A program made the position numbers and the translations under genes. Positions 39,891 to 49,804 of a stretch of DNA of 64,000 nucleotides are shown here, piece after piece. This DNA is from Fimbriimonadia bacterium. Its GTDB lineage: Bacteria; Armatimonadota; Fimbriimonadia; Fimbriimonadales; JABRVX01. The stretch spans positions 1 to 64,000 of the forward strand of contig JBGPGO010000009.1 of assembly GCA_041483895.1 (NCBI GenBank), given 5' to 3'. Numbering within the stretch: the first letter of the stretch is position 1; every line of letters starts with the position of its first letter. The notes beneath the pieces are model-generated. The model did not search any database. It had not been told where the DNA came from and saw only the letters and a list, made by a program, of their open reading frames with translations.

Positions 39891-40193
39891 TTTCCGGCGC
39901 AAAAGGACCCTTCCACCCAACCTCCAAACCCTCAAAAAGCCTAAAATGTAGACAAAAGTCGATATGTTCTGGTACAGTCCATTTAATGCGGACAGGCACC
40001 GGTCAATAATAAAACCTAGTCATTTATGACTATCATCCGGAACGAAAAGGATAGAACACTGCCTCACAAGTGTGGGAACGTCTAGAACGGGGTTCCGGGT
40101 TTCGGGAGTGGTGGTCGCTGTCAACGGGCTTATCCCGAGCGAATGCGAGGGATCAGACCGGTTCCGGCCACACTTTCCTATCTCAATGCGATC

Positions 40194-41360
40194 TCATAGA
40201 GGCGCGACCGTCTGTTCTTTTTCCGACTGCAAAGCCGCATCGAATAATCGGTGGGAGGCGACAGTCTCGGCGGGGGTGGCGCAGGAGAAACGGTTCTCTA
40301 ATAGTCCTTCGCGTTCTAATGCGAAAGCGCCCCACATCTGCAGGATGCAGTCGGGGAAGCCAAACTCAAAGATGCCGCCGGTGATCGTGGGCAGGACCGA
40401 CTCGTGGCCCAGGTCGGTGCGGGTCCAGCCCCCGCTGGAAAGAAAAGAAAGCTCTCCCATTTTTTCAGGCGCTAGCCTGGTAAAGGGGGAGGGTTGGGTG
40501 GGGGTTCCGGCAACCTCTGTCGTGCAAAGTCCCCACGTCCACAACGTCTTCGGCTCTTTGGTAGAAAAGCGCGCGGCGCCTTCGGTGCCATAGAATTCGA
40601 TGTACCACGTATCCGTTTCGCCGGGCGCCATGCGCTTCATCTCCAGCCGCATCGGCACGTCGTCTTGCACGGTGGTCGTGAGGATCGCATTGTCCCACGT
40701 GTCGCACTTTCCGCCGGGTCGCTCGGTGAATCCCTTCTGCAACTGCGCGAAAACGCTTGTAGGCGCGAGGCCGAGGCGGAGCGGGATGTGCGTCACGTGC
40801 AGACCCAGATCGCCCATCACCCCGATCTCGCCGCAGGTCGCCGATTGCCGCTTCCAATTTGCGGGCTTGTTCGGGTCCAAATCGCTGGAATGCAGGAACC
40901 CGGCGCGAACCTCTAGCAGTCGTCCATACGCGCCCGATTGAAACGCCCGAATCACCCGCTGCGCACCGGGAAAAAACGGAAACTCCGACGATACACGCAC
41001 GAACCGTTTGCCGATCGCCGCCTCGATGCGAGTGGCCGCGGCGAGGTCGATGCCGAACGGTTTTTCCGCCAGCATGTCTTTCCCCGCCGCCAACACGTCC
41101 AAATAGATCTGTTCGTGCAAATGATGCGGCACAGCGACGTAAACGACATCGACCTCTTTCAGGTCCAACAGCTCGCGATAGTCGGCGAAAAAATGCCGTA
41201 CGGTGGGGACGTTGCGGAACCATTCGCGGCGTTTGTCATCTGTGTCGCAAACGGCGATCAGCTCCGCCTTCACCGGCAGATCGGTGAGGGCGAACCAGCG
41301 TCCAAATGCGCTCGCCACCTCCCGACCCATCAGCCCCCCGCCGATGATGCCGACTTTCAT
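40194..41360 (-). CDS. Gfo/Idh/MocA-family oxidoreductase with in-frame repeat insertion
   Basis: VGIIGGGLMG, VYVAVPHHLH, AEKP, GVMGDLGLH. Confidence 0.92.
   Translation of the reverse strand: MKVGIIGGGLMGREVASAFGRWFALTDLPVKAELIAVCDTDDKRREWFRNVPTVRHFFADYRELLDLKEVDVVYVAVPHHLHEQIYLDVLAAGKDMLAEKPFGIDLAAATRIEAAIGKRFVRVSSEFPFFPGAQRVIRAFQSGAYGRLLEVRAGFLHSSDLDPNKPANWKRQSATCGEIGVMGDLGLHVTHIPLRLGLAPTSVFAQLQKGFTERPGGKCDTWDNAILTTTVQDDVPMRLEMKRMAPGETDTWYIEFYGTEGAARFSTKEPKTLWTWGLCTTEVAGTPTQPSPFTRLAPEKMGELSFLSSGGWTRTDLGHESVLPTITGGIFEFGFPDCILQMWGAFALEREGLLENRFSCATPAETVASHRLFDAALQSEKEQTVAPL
40447..40506. repeat. Palindromic element, same family as 36265-36324, inside the oxidoreductase CDS
   Basis: gaaagctctcccattttttcaggcgctagcctggtaaagggggagggttgggtgggggtt. 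Confidence 0.85.
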
Positions 41361-42181
41361 AGATGCTTCGCCGCCTCTTCCGCCGTCGCGCCATCGTGCA
41401 CGATAGACATCAGAGCGCGCGTCACCCCGAACGGATTCTTATGCTGTATGATGTTGCGCCCATACACAATCCCCGCCGCGCCCTGCTCGATAAGCGCCTC
41501 CGTCCGCGACAGAATCTCAGCGTCCGTCGCCTTCCCGCCGCCCCGCACCAGCACCGGGACGCGGGCGATGCGGACAACCTCATGATACAGGCTCACGTCG
41601 TCGGTCGGGTCGGCCTTGATCACGTCCGCGCCCAGCTCCACCGCCTGGCGCACCAGGGGCAGAATTTTCTCCAGGTCGCCGTCCACCATGTACCCGCCCT
41701 TCTCGGCGTTGGGGCGAAAGACGAGCGGCTCGATCATCAGCGGCATGGCGTATCGGTCGCACAGGGGCTTTAGGCGCAGGATGTTTTGGATGCATTGGTC
41801 GGCGACTTCGGCATGGTCGGGGATTCTAAATAGGTTAACTACGACGCAGGCCGCATCGAGACGGAGCGCCTGCTCCACCGGGTCCTCGATCATTCTTGAA
41901 AATAGCGTCTTCGGCAGTTCTGTCCCATACACGTTGGCGATATCCGTCCGCAACACCAGCCCCGGCTTGTCCCTGCCGGGGACCTCCTGCAATAACCCAG
42001 CCTGACCCACAGTCAACTGAATGGCATCCGGGGCGGCCTTCACCAGCACCTCGACGCAACTCTTGAGGTCCTCGATGCCGGTCAGAAACGCGCGCTCGTT
42101 GAAGAACCCATGGTCCACCGCGACATCGAAGCAGCGCCCCGAGACGGGACTAAAGAGACGATTGAGTCGATACGATTTCAC
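41357..42181 (-). CDS. Class I aldolase (FbaB/LsrF/DeoC-like)
   Basis: VAVDHG, AVELGADVIKAD (Schiff-base Lys), PVLVRGGGK, GAAGIVYGRNI. Confidence 0.88.
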   Translation of the reverse strand: MKSYRLNRLFSPVSGRCFDVAVDHGFFNERAFLTGIEDLKSCVEVLVKAAPDAIQLTVGQAGLLQEVPGRDKPGLVLRTDIANVYGTELPKTLFSRMIEDPVEQALRLDAACVVVNLFRIPDHAEVADQCIQNILRLKPLCDRYAMPLMIEPLVFRPNAEKGGYMVDGDLEKILPLVRQAVELGADVIKADPTDDVSLYHEVVRIARVPVLVRGGGKATDAEILSRTEALIEQGAAGIVYGRNIIQHKNPFGVTRALMSIVHDGATAEEAAKHL

Positions 42182-42224
42182 ACAAGGAAGATTCGCGAAG
42201 CGATGATAGTTCTCCTTGGTCCGC

Positions 42225-42677
42225 CTATTGTCCAGGTTTCCCCGCAATCCTCTCGAGACTCGCCTCGATCTTCTTGATATGCTCCATCAGCAGTTGGATC
42301 TCCGACTCCGCGCGTACGTTGACTTCGTAGTCGTTTTGGGCGCGGAGTTCCGCGTGGCGGCCTTGGAGGTTCTGCCCCACCATCAGCAACGGCATCAGCA
42401 GGATTTGAATCATGTTCGAAATGAACAGCCAAAAGACAAAGGCGGTCGGCGGATCGAATTGCATGCTCTTCGGCGCAAGCAGGTTCCAGCCGAGCCAGAT
42501 CACCGTCCATGCCGCGATGGCGAGAAAGAACCCCATCGTGCCCACGTGGCTGGTAATGAAAAGCGCGACGTGGTCCATGCGGCTCAATTCCTGCTGATGT
42601 TCCTGGAACACATTCCGCAGCGGCGGGTGTTGGGCGCGCAGTTCCTCCAGCGTCAACGGCTTGTCGGTTGTTGCCAT
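42225..42677 (-). CDS. DUF1003 membrane protein
   Basis: VGTMGFF...W..WN...FDPP...PLLMVGQN.Q....E..A..DYEVN. Confidence 0.88.
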   Translation of the reverse strand: MATTDKPLTLEELRAQHPPLRNVFQEHQQELSRMDHVALFITSHVGTMGFFLAIAAWTVIWLGWNLLAPKSMQFDPPTAFVFWLFISNMIQILLMPLLMVGQNLQGRHAELRAQNDYEVNVRAESEIQLLMEHIKKIEASLERIAGKPGQ

Positions 42678-42741
42678 TCTTTGGCCTCCGGATATTGGAT
42701 TGCCTGGAATTCTATCCTAGTTAAGGGTCACAATTCTTCCC

Positions 42742-43638
42742 ATGTTGATCGCAGTCACTCGCGGAGTTAGCTCGAGGTTCGCCGAATGCGAGCTGACGCA
42801 TCTTGCGCGCGAACCGATCAACGTGGGCTTGGCCCGGTCACAGCATGCTATGTATGCGGATGCTTTGCGATCGCTGGGGGTGGTGGTTGAGCAACTGCCC
42901 GCGGTGGAGGATTTGCCCGATTGTGTCTTTGTGGAGGATTGCGCTGTTGTGTTGGATGAGGTGGCGGTGATCGCTCGGCCGGGGGCTGAGTCGCGGCGCG
43001 AGGAGACGGCGGCTGTCGCGGCGGCGTTGGCCCAGTATCGCGATGTTCTGTGGGTTGAGGCGCCGGGGACGCTCGATGGCGGGGATGTGTTGGTTGTCGG
43101 CAGGGATGTTTATGTGGGCCGGACGGATCGGTCGAATCAGCAGGGATCGAACCAGTTGTCGAAACTCTTGGCGCCCTTTGGGTACCGGGTCATTCCCGTT
43201 CCTGTCCATGGTTGCCTGCATCTAAAGAGCGCGGTGTCGCTGTGCAGACCGGATTGCCTGCTCATCAATCCGAAGTGGGTGGATAGACGGACGTTCCGCC
43301 ACTCCCCGCAAGCGGAGGAGGGGGCCTTTCCCAAGGTTGCTGATGTGCCGAGCGCGGAAGACCCCCACCCCAGCCCTCCCCCGCAAGCGGGGGAGGGGGT
43401 TAAGGGGACGCCGCAAGCGGGGGAGGGAGTCGCCTTGCGTATCATTGAGATCGATCCGTCCGAGCCGTTTGCCGCAAACTGCCTCTATCTACCGAGTGGT
43501 GTCATCTATCCGTCGCACTTTCCGAGAACTCGATCGCGATTGGTGGCGGAGGGGGTCTCTCTGACATTGGTTGAAGCAAGCGAAGTGGCGAAGGCTGAGG
43601 GCGGCGTCACGTGCTGCTCACTCGTCTTCAATTCTTAA
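42742..43638 (+). CDS. Dimethylarginine dimethylaminohydrolase (amidinotransferase family) with in-frame repeat insertion
   Basis: PDCVFVED, TLDGGDVL, LHLKS, KAEGGVTCCS. Confidence 0.92.
   Translation: MLIAVTRGVSSRFAECELTHLAREPINVGLARSQHAMYADALRSLGVVVEQLPAVEDLPDCVFVEDCAVVLDEVAVIARPGAESRREETAAVAAALAQYRDVLWVEAPGTLDGGDVLVVGRDVYVGRTDRSNQQGSNQLSKLLAPFGYRVIPVPVHGCLHLKSAVSLCRPDCLLINPKWVDRRTFRHSPQAEEGAFPKVADVPSAEDPHPSPPPQAGEGVKGTPQAGEGVALRIIEIDPSEPFAANCLYLPSGVIYPSHFPRTRSRLVAEGVSLTLVEASEVAKAEGGVTCCSLVFNS
43301..43430. repeat. Three CCGCAAGCGG-cored palindromic elements inside the DDAH CDS
   Basis: Cores at 43306, 43381 and 43411; acccccaccccagccctcccccgcaagcgggggaggg is a near reverse complement of the GH32 element at 36221. 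Confidence 0.85.
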
Positions 43639-43675
43639 GGACGCGGGTCATGTCTCCCAGGTATTCTATTGGCTG

Positions 43676-46000
43676 ATGCCACGACTTACTGAGCAGGAAC
43701 AGCAAGAGATCATCCGCCATTTGGAAGCCGATAAGCCGCTGCCGGATAAGTATCGGTTTCTGCTGTTTGCGGACAAACGCGAGGTGGAGCTGGTATGGAA
43801 CGCCAAGACCAACGAGGTCTGCTCCACCGTGCTGCCGTTTCAGGTGATAGAGCAGGTGGACGAGCCGCGGGCGGAAAAGCCGGAAGACACGGCGTTGCAG
43901 CAAGGTCTTTTCGATGAATGCGGACGCCAGCTAAAGGGCTGGACCAACAAGCTGATCTGGGGCGACAACAAGCTGATCCTTTCCTCCCTGAAGAATGGCC
44001 CGCTGCGCGAAGAGATCGAGGCGCAGGGCGGCATCAAGCTGATCTATATCGATCCCCCGTTCGATGTCGGCGCGGACTTTTCGATGGATATTGAGATCGG
44101 CGACGATACATTCACCAAAAAGCCTGGCATTTTGGAGGAGATCGCCTATCGGGATACGTGGGGTAGGGGCGCGGATTCTTTCATTGCAATGATCTACGAG
44201 CGACTAGACCTAATGCGCGATTTGCTGGCGGAGGATGGCAGTATTTATGTTCATTGTGATTGGCGGGTGAACAGCTACATACGCCTAGCTTTGGATGAAG
44301 TCTTCGGTCAAAGAAACCTGAGAAATGACATTACGTGGGTTCGTTCAACCAATCCCAAGGGTTCACAGCACCAAACCAATAATTACGATGTCTATACTGA
44401 CACTTTATTGTTCTACGGAAAATCGGACCAAAATACACCAGATTTGGATGCCATCCGAACGCCTTTGACAGCAGTTGAATTGGGGGAGAAATACTATCGC
44501 GAGGATGAGAAGGGAAAATACTACGATGGACCGATCGTCAGTTCGCAGTCAATGGGGCCGCGACCGACCCTTGTATATGTATACAAGGGATATACGCCTC
44601 CGTCAGCGGGGTGGCGCCTAACGAAGGACAATCTAGAGAAACTCGATTTGGCGGGTGACTTGGGTTGGACGTCACAAGGTAAGCCATTCCGAAAGCTGAG
44701 GGTAGAGGACGACAAAGGCAAACCAATCGGGAATTTTTGGAACGATATCTCACTAATAAACTCACAAGCTGCCGAGCGAATTGGTTATCCCACGCAAAAG
44801 CCGGAAGCGCTGTTGGAACGCATCATCAAAGCCTCATCCCATGCGGACGACCTCATCGCAGATTTCTTCTGCGGCTCCGGCACAGCTGCCGCAGCGGCCG
44901 AAAAGTTGGGGCGCAAGTGGATCGCCACTGACCTGGGCAAGTTCGCCATCCACACTACTCGCAAGCGGATGATCGGCGTTCAACGCGAACTGAAGGCCGC
45001 TGGCAAAGACTATCGCGCGTTCGAGATCCTGAACCTCGGCAAATACGAGCGCCAGCACTACATCGGCGTCAACCCTAACCTGCGCGAGGCGGATCAGCAG
45101 AAGCAGTTGGAAGAAAAAGAGGCCGCGTTCCTCGACCTGATCCTGCGGGCCTACCGCGCCGAGAAGACCGATGGCTTCAAGACGTTCCATGGCAAGAAGG
45201 CGGGCCGCCTTGTATCGGTCGGACCGATCAACCTGCCGGTAACGCGCCTCTATGTCGAAGAGGTGATCCTGGAATGCCGCAAGAAGCATATCACTCGCGT
45301 GGACATTCTAGGCTTCGAATTCGAGATGGGACTGTTCCCCAACGTGCTGGACGAAGCGAAGGCGAAAGGGACTGACATCGCTCCGAAGTACATTCCCGCA
45401 GAGGTGTTCGACAAGCGCGCGGTGGAGAAGAACCAGGTGGTCTTCCACGACGTCTCCTTCATCGAGGTCACCCCGCACGTCAAGGGCGCCAGCGTCGCCG
45501 TCGAGCTAACGGATTTCTCCGTCTACTACACGCAGGATTCCATCGCCAACGCCGAGGCGACGCTGAAAGACAAGGGAAGCAGGATCGTGGTCGAGCAGGG
45601 ACAGATCGTCAAGGTGAGCAAGGACGCGCACGGCATCGTAACCCGCGAGATCTTAACCAAGAAATGGACGGACTGGATCGACTACTGGGCGGTGGATTTC
45701 AATTACGAAAGCAAGCGGGAGATCATCCGCCAGAAGCTGGTGCCATCCTCTCAAGAAACTTTCGCGGGGTTGGAAGGACCCCAACAGGAGTTGGAACAAT
45801 ACGAGGAGGTCTGGACCGGCGATTATGTATTTGAGAACGAGTGGCAGTCCTTCCGCACCAAAAAGGACCGAACCCTGGAAATGACCAGCGTGTACAAGGA
45901 GTGCGAACCAGGTCGGCGCAAGCTGGCGGTGAAGGTTGTTGATATCTTTGGCAATGACACGATGACAATTGTCGAAGTGACGGTGGGTGCAAGAACGTAA
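43676..46000 (+). CDS. mod: Type III restriction-modification DNA methyltransferase (Mod)
   Basis: LIYIDPPF (motif IV), YPTQKPEALL, DFFCGSGT (motif I); overlaps the res start (TAATG). Confidence 0.92.
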   Translation: MPRLTEQEQQEIIRHLEADKPLPDKYRFLLFADKREVELVWNAKTNEVCSTVLPFQVIEQVDEPRAEKPEDTALQQGLFDECGRQLKGWTNKLIWGDNKLILSSLKNGPLREEIEAQGGIKLIYIDPPFDVGADFSMDIEIGDDTFTKKPGILEEIAYRDTWGRGADSFIAMIYERLDLMRDLLAEDGSIYVHCDWRVNSYIRLALDEVFGQRNLRNDITWVRSTNPKGSQHQTNNYDVYTDTLLFYGKSDQNTPDLDAIRTPLTAVELGEKYYREDEKGKYYDGPIVSSQSMGPRPTLVYVYKGYTPPSAGWRLTKDNLEKLDLAGDLGWTSQGKPFRKLRVEDDKGKPIGNFWNDISLINSQAAERIGYPTQKPEALLERIIKASSHADDLIADFFCGSGTAAAAAEKLGRKWIATDLGKFAIHTTRKRMIGVQRELKAAGKDYRAFEILNLGKYERQHYIGVNPNLREADQQKQLEEKEAAFLDLILRAYRAEKTDGFKTFHGKKAGRLVSVGPINLPVTRLYVEEVILECRKKHITRVDILGFEFEMGLFPNVLDEAKAKGTDIAPKYIPAEVFDKRAVEKNQVVFHDVSFIEVTPHVKGASVAVELTDFSVYYTQDSIANAEATLKDKGSRIVVEQGQIVKVSKDAHGIVTREILTKKWTDWIDYWAVDFNYESKREIIRQKLVPSSQETFAGLEGPQQELEQYEEVWTGDYVFENEWQSFRTKKDRTLEMTSVYKECEPGRRKLAVKVVDIFGNDTMTIVEVTVGART

Positions 46001-48684
46001 TGGCCCTGCACAAGGATTTCCCGGAATCGCCATATGCAATTCTCGATCCTGCCGTTCGCTGGTTCCCCGCCGACGAATCACTCCGCGAAACCACGATGGA
46101 CAAACTGATGCCGCCGTTGGTGCCGGAACTACGCCGCAAGGTGAAGGAGTGGCGGGATAGCGGATACTCCGGCGCTACTGACACGAGCCGCAGTCTGCTC
46201 AACTGGTGGTTTTGCACTTCCCACATAATGCCTCAAGCCAACGGTCCGGATGCGGAATTTGAATACTATTTTGCCCAGCGCGAAGCGCTAGAGACCATCA
46301 TCTATCTGTACGATTTCGCAAAAGTCCAAGACAAGTACGACCTGATTCGGTATGACAGTTCGGGCGCGGTATCGGCCGGAATGTTTGATGAAACATGGCG
46401 GCGTTTTGTTGTCAAAATGGCGACTGGAAGCGGCAAGACGAAGGTTCTGAGCTTGGTACTTGCATGGAGCTTCTTTCACAAACTGTATGAACCTGATTCC
46501 GGCCTGGCGCGAAATTTCTTAGTGATTGCGCCAAACATCATCGTCTTGGATCGCATTCGCAAAGATTTCGATGGACTCCGAATTTTCTTGAAGGACGACC
46601 CTATACTTCCCGACGATGGACATGATGGGCAAAACTGGCGCAGCGACTTCCAATTGACGCTGCATGTCCAGGACGAGGTGCGCGTAACGCATCCGACCGG
46701 GAATATCTTTCTCACCAACATCCACAGGGTATATGCGGGCGATGACATTCCACCGTCCCCTGATGACGAAGATACTATGGACTACTTTCTGGGCAAGCGT
46801 CCGACCGGTGCGACAACTGATTCAAAAGTCGATTTGGGCATGATTGTCCGCGATATTGATGAGTTGGTCGTTCTGAACGATGAAGCGCATCACATACACG
46901 ATCCAAGCATGGCATGGTTCAAATCCATTGAGGATATTCATAATCGTCTCAAGCAGAAAGGGACGGCGCTGTCCTTGCAGGTTGATGTAACCGCCACTCC
47001 TAAACATATCAATGGCGCCATTTTTGTGCAAACCATCGCGGACTACCCACTTGTTGAGGCGATAAAGCAAGACGTGGTCAAGCATCCAGTACTGCCCGAC
47101 GCGCCAAGCCGCGCCAAGCTGGTGGAGCGGCATAGCGCGAAATACACTGAGAAGTATGAGGACTATCTTCATCTAGGTGTGATCGAGTGGCGCAAAGCGT
47201 ATGAAGAACACGAGAAGGCAGGGATGAAGGCCATTCTGTTCATCATGACAGATGACACTCGGAACTGTGACGAGGTTGCTGACTTTCTAAAGGGGACCTA
47301 TCCCGACTTACAGAATTCGGTGCTCGTCATCCACACGAAAAAGAACGGTGAGATTTCCGAATCTTCGACAGGGAAGGACAAAGAGGAGCTAGATCGGCTC
47401 CGTAAACAGGCCAACGAAATCGACAATTTGGACAGTCCCTACCGCGCCATCGTATCTGTGATGATGCTGAAAGAGGGTTGGGACGTGCGCAATGTGACCA
47501 CTATCGTAGGACTGCGAGTTTACGGCTCGCCGAGCAAGATACTTCCGGAGCAAACGCTAGGACGCGGACTCAGAAAGATGTATCCGGGCCGCACCGAGGA
47601 GTATCTCAGTGTTATTGGCACAAACGCATTTATGGACTTCGTGGAATCGATTCAGGCGGAAGGCGTTGTGTTTGACCGGAAACCCATGGGGGAGGGTACT
47701 CCACCGCTTGCTCCGATTGTCGTCGAAGTTGATAAGGACAATCCCAAGAAGGACATCGAGGATTTGGATATCGAGATCCCTGTCATGACGCCCCGTGTTT
47801 ACCGAGAATACAAGAACTTGGCTGAATTGGATGGCAGCTCGCTCAATCACCAAAAGGTGATGTACCTCAATTTCTCCGAAGAGGAACAGCGCGAAATCGT
47901 TTTCAAGGATATCACAACTGGAGAGATCACTCACACCACGATCCTAGACACGGCAGGAGTAGCTGATTACCGTAGTGTCATCGGATACTTTACGCAGACG
48001 ATTATGAAAGATCTGCGTCTGGTTAGCGGATACGACATATTGTATGGCAAGGTGAAGTCATTTGTACAGGGCGAGCTATTTGATCAGGCAGTGGATTTAG
48101 AGAGCCCAAACACATTGCGGAATCTGTCTGAATTGGCAGGCACCAAGACCGTGATTGAGACTTTCAAAAGGGCTATCAACGAGCTTACGATCCGAGACAA
48201 AGGCGACGCCGAGATTCGTGATTATATCAAGCTGCGACAGACGCGACCGTTCGTCGCGAAAGAACAGGCCTATGTTGTCCCGAAGAAGAGCGTTTTCAAC
48301 AAGATTATTGGGGATCGCAATTTTGAACTGCGCTTCGCAAGCTTCTTGGATGGTTGCGACGATGTGATTTCATTTGCTAAGAACTACTTAGCCGTTCAAT
48401 TCAAACTCGATTACGTCAACTCCAACGGCGAATTGACCAACTACATACCTGACTTTTTCGTAAAGACAGCAGCAAATAGTGTATTCGTCGTCGAGACCAA
48501 GGGGTTTGAAGAGATTGATCTACCTCTCAAGATGGAGAGGTTGCGGCAGTGGTGCGAAGACATCAATCGGGTCCAGTCTGAAGTCGCGTGGGACTACGTC
48601 TACGTGGATGAGAGCAGTTTCGACCGATACGATCCGAAGTCTTTTCATCAATTAATCGAGAATTTCCAGCAATACAAGAAATGA
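46000..48684 (+). CDS. res: Type III restriction endonuclease (Res, SF2 helicase plus PD-(D/E)xK nuclease)
   Basis: MATGSGKT, NDEAHH, TATP, LKEGWDV, EQTLGRGLR, YIPDF...VETKG. Confidence 0.92.
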   Translation: MALHKDFPESPYAILDPAVRWFPADESLRETTMDKLMPPLVPELRRKVKEWRDSGYSGATDTSRSLLNWWFCTSHIMPQANGPDAEFEYYFAQREALETIIYLYDFAKVQDKYDLIRYDSSGAVSAGMFDETWRRFVVKMATGSGKTKVLSLVLAWSFFHKLYEPDSGLARNFLVIAPNIIVLDRIRKDFDGLRIFLKDDPILPDDGHDGQNWRSDFQLTLHVQDEVRVTHPTGNIFLTNIHRVYAGDDIPPSPDDEDTMDYFLGKRPTGATTDSKVDLGMIVRDIDELVVLNDEAHHIHDPSMAWFKSIEDIHNRLKQKGTALSLQVDVTATPKHINGAIFVQTIADYPLVEAIKQDVVKHPVLPDAPSRAKLVERHSAKYTEKYEDYLHLGVIEWRKAYEEHEKAGMKAILFIMTDDTRNCDEVADFLKGTYPDLQNSVLVIHTKKNGEISESSTGKDKEELDRLRKQANEIDNLDSPYRAIVSVMMLKEGWDVRNVTTIVGLRVYGSPSKILPEQTLGRGLRKMYPGRTEEYLSVIGTNAFMDFVESIQAEGVVFDRKPMGEGTPPLAPIVVEVDKDNPKKDIEDLDIEIPVMTPRVYREYKNLAELDGSSLNHQKVMYLNFSEEEQREIVFKDITTGEITHTTILDTAGVADYRSVIGYFTQTIMKDLRLVSGYDILYGKVKSFVQGELFDQAVDLESPNTLRNLSELAGTKTVIETFKRAINELTIRDKGDAEIRDYIKLRQTRPFVAKEQAYVVPKKSVFNKIIGDRNFELRFASFLDGCDDVISFAKNYLAVQFKLDYVNSNGELTNYIPDFFVKTAANSVFVVETKGFEEIDLPLKMERLRQWCEDINRVQSEVAWDYVYVDESSFDRYDPKSFHQLIENFQQYKK

Positions 48685-48837
48685 ACGCGCCGTGCATTGC
48701 GCTTCCGTCGCCTCGGGATAGTAGAGGAGCGCCTCGCCGAAGGCCAGCTCCTTGGCGTGCGTGTTCGCCGGGTTCTTGTGGAGCAGATACCCGAGGTCGG
48801 TCGCCGGCCTATGTGTGGTCGTTATCGTGAGCAGCAT
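48685..48837 (-). pseudogene. hen1: 5' fragment of bacterial Hen1 RNA 2'-O-methyltransferase
   Basis: MLLTITTTHRPATDLGYLLHKNP...FGEA..YYPEATE..CTA is the Hen1 N-terminus; similarity stops at the res stop codon. Confidence 0.85.
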
Positions 48838-48948
48838 CGCGGGCGCGATCTTAGCACAGAATTGGGGAGTGTCAGAGTCTTGGATTTCGGCATTCGGGAG
48901 ATTTCGGTGATAGTGAATCCTGACACATCAAAGTAGCATAATATGATC

Positions 48949-49392
48949 ATGTGGACAAAGGATACGATTGTTGAACTGTTCCGGCAGATGGAGGAGGGAG
49001 GGGATATTCCGCCCGCGCGGCAGGTGCTCAGCCGCCTGACGCCGGAGCTGGCCGCGACGAAGCTGCCGAATTGGCCGTATTCCATTTTGACCAACCTCGC
49101 GCATGCGGTTTTCTGGCAGAACAACTGGCTGGCTCATGTGAGAGGAGAACGGGCGCAATCGTTCACGAACGACTGGCGCGTGCCGGATCCGTCGGAGTTT
49201 GGCTCGTTGCGGAAGGAGTTTCTTGACGGGTTTGCGGAGGCGCGCCGAATAGCCGAATCGCAGCCGTTCGATCACAAGATGAAATCGGATGACATCGCCA
49301 TCAAGACGCTGATGTATATCGCCATCCACAATTCCTATCATTTGGGACAGATGAATTTGCTAAAGAGACAACTACGGCTAAACAAGCCATAG
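48949..49392 (+). CDS. DinB-family protein
   Basis: PYSILTNLAHAVFWQ...IAIHNSYHLGQ. Confidence 0.85.
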   Translation: MWTKDTIVELFRQMEEGGDIPPARQVLSRLTPELAATKLPNWPYSILTNLAHAVFWQNNWLAHVRGERAQSFTNDWRVPDPSEFGSLRKEFLDGFAEARRIAESQPFDHKMKSDDIAIKTLMYIAIHNSYHLGQMNLLKRQLRLNKP

Positions 49393-49633
49393 TTGCAAGT
49401 CCGCACCCATCAGCGCCTTGGCATCATTGCCCTCCGCCGTTTACAGATGTCCTCCGTTCCGCCGGTTCTGGTTGCTGTTCACTGCCGTACGCACTGAATT
49501 GCGGGTGACCGGGAACACTCTGTGATGTGTGCTACCCTTACAATGGACGACCCGCTGGCTAACAAGGTGGCCAACAAAGGCGCTTCGGCGGCACGGAGAT
49601 AGGGCAGAGAAACCACGATTTAGGTTCAAAAAC

Positions 49634-49708
49634 TGGAGCCGACGGTCGGATTCGAACCGACGACCTGCTGTTTACGAAACAGCTGCTCTACCACTGAGCT
49701 ACGTCGGC
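49634..49708 (-). tRNA. tRNA-Thr (anticodon CGT)
   Basis: GCCGACG TA GCTC AGTGGTA GAGC A GCTGT TT CGT AA ACAGC AGGTC GTCGG TTCGAAT CCGAC CGTCGGC T CCA; all four stems pair. Confidence 0.97.
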
Positions 49709-49804
49709 ACCATTCGTAAAGCGGAGGGGAGTGTACCTCCCTGGCAGGCGCTTGGGCAACGAGGTTCGAATGAAACGGGACATTCCGAACGAGCAACTGC
49801 GCGG

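Noticed and set aside
43676..46000. Phase-variable mod (phasevarion)
   Set aside because: No simple-sequence repeat tract seen in the gene or its upstream region.
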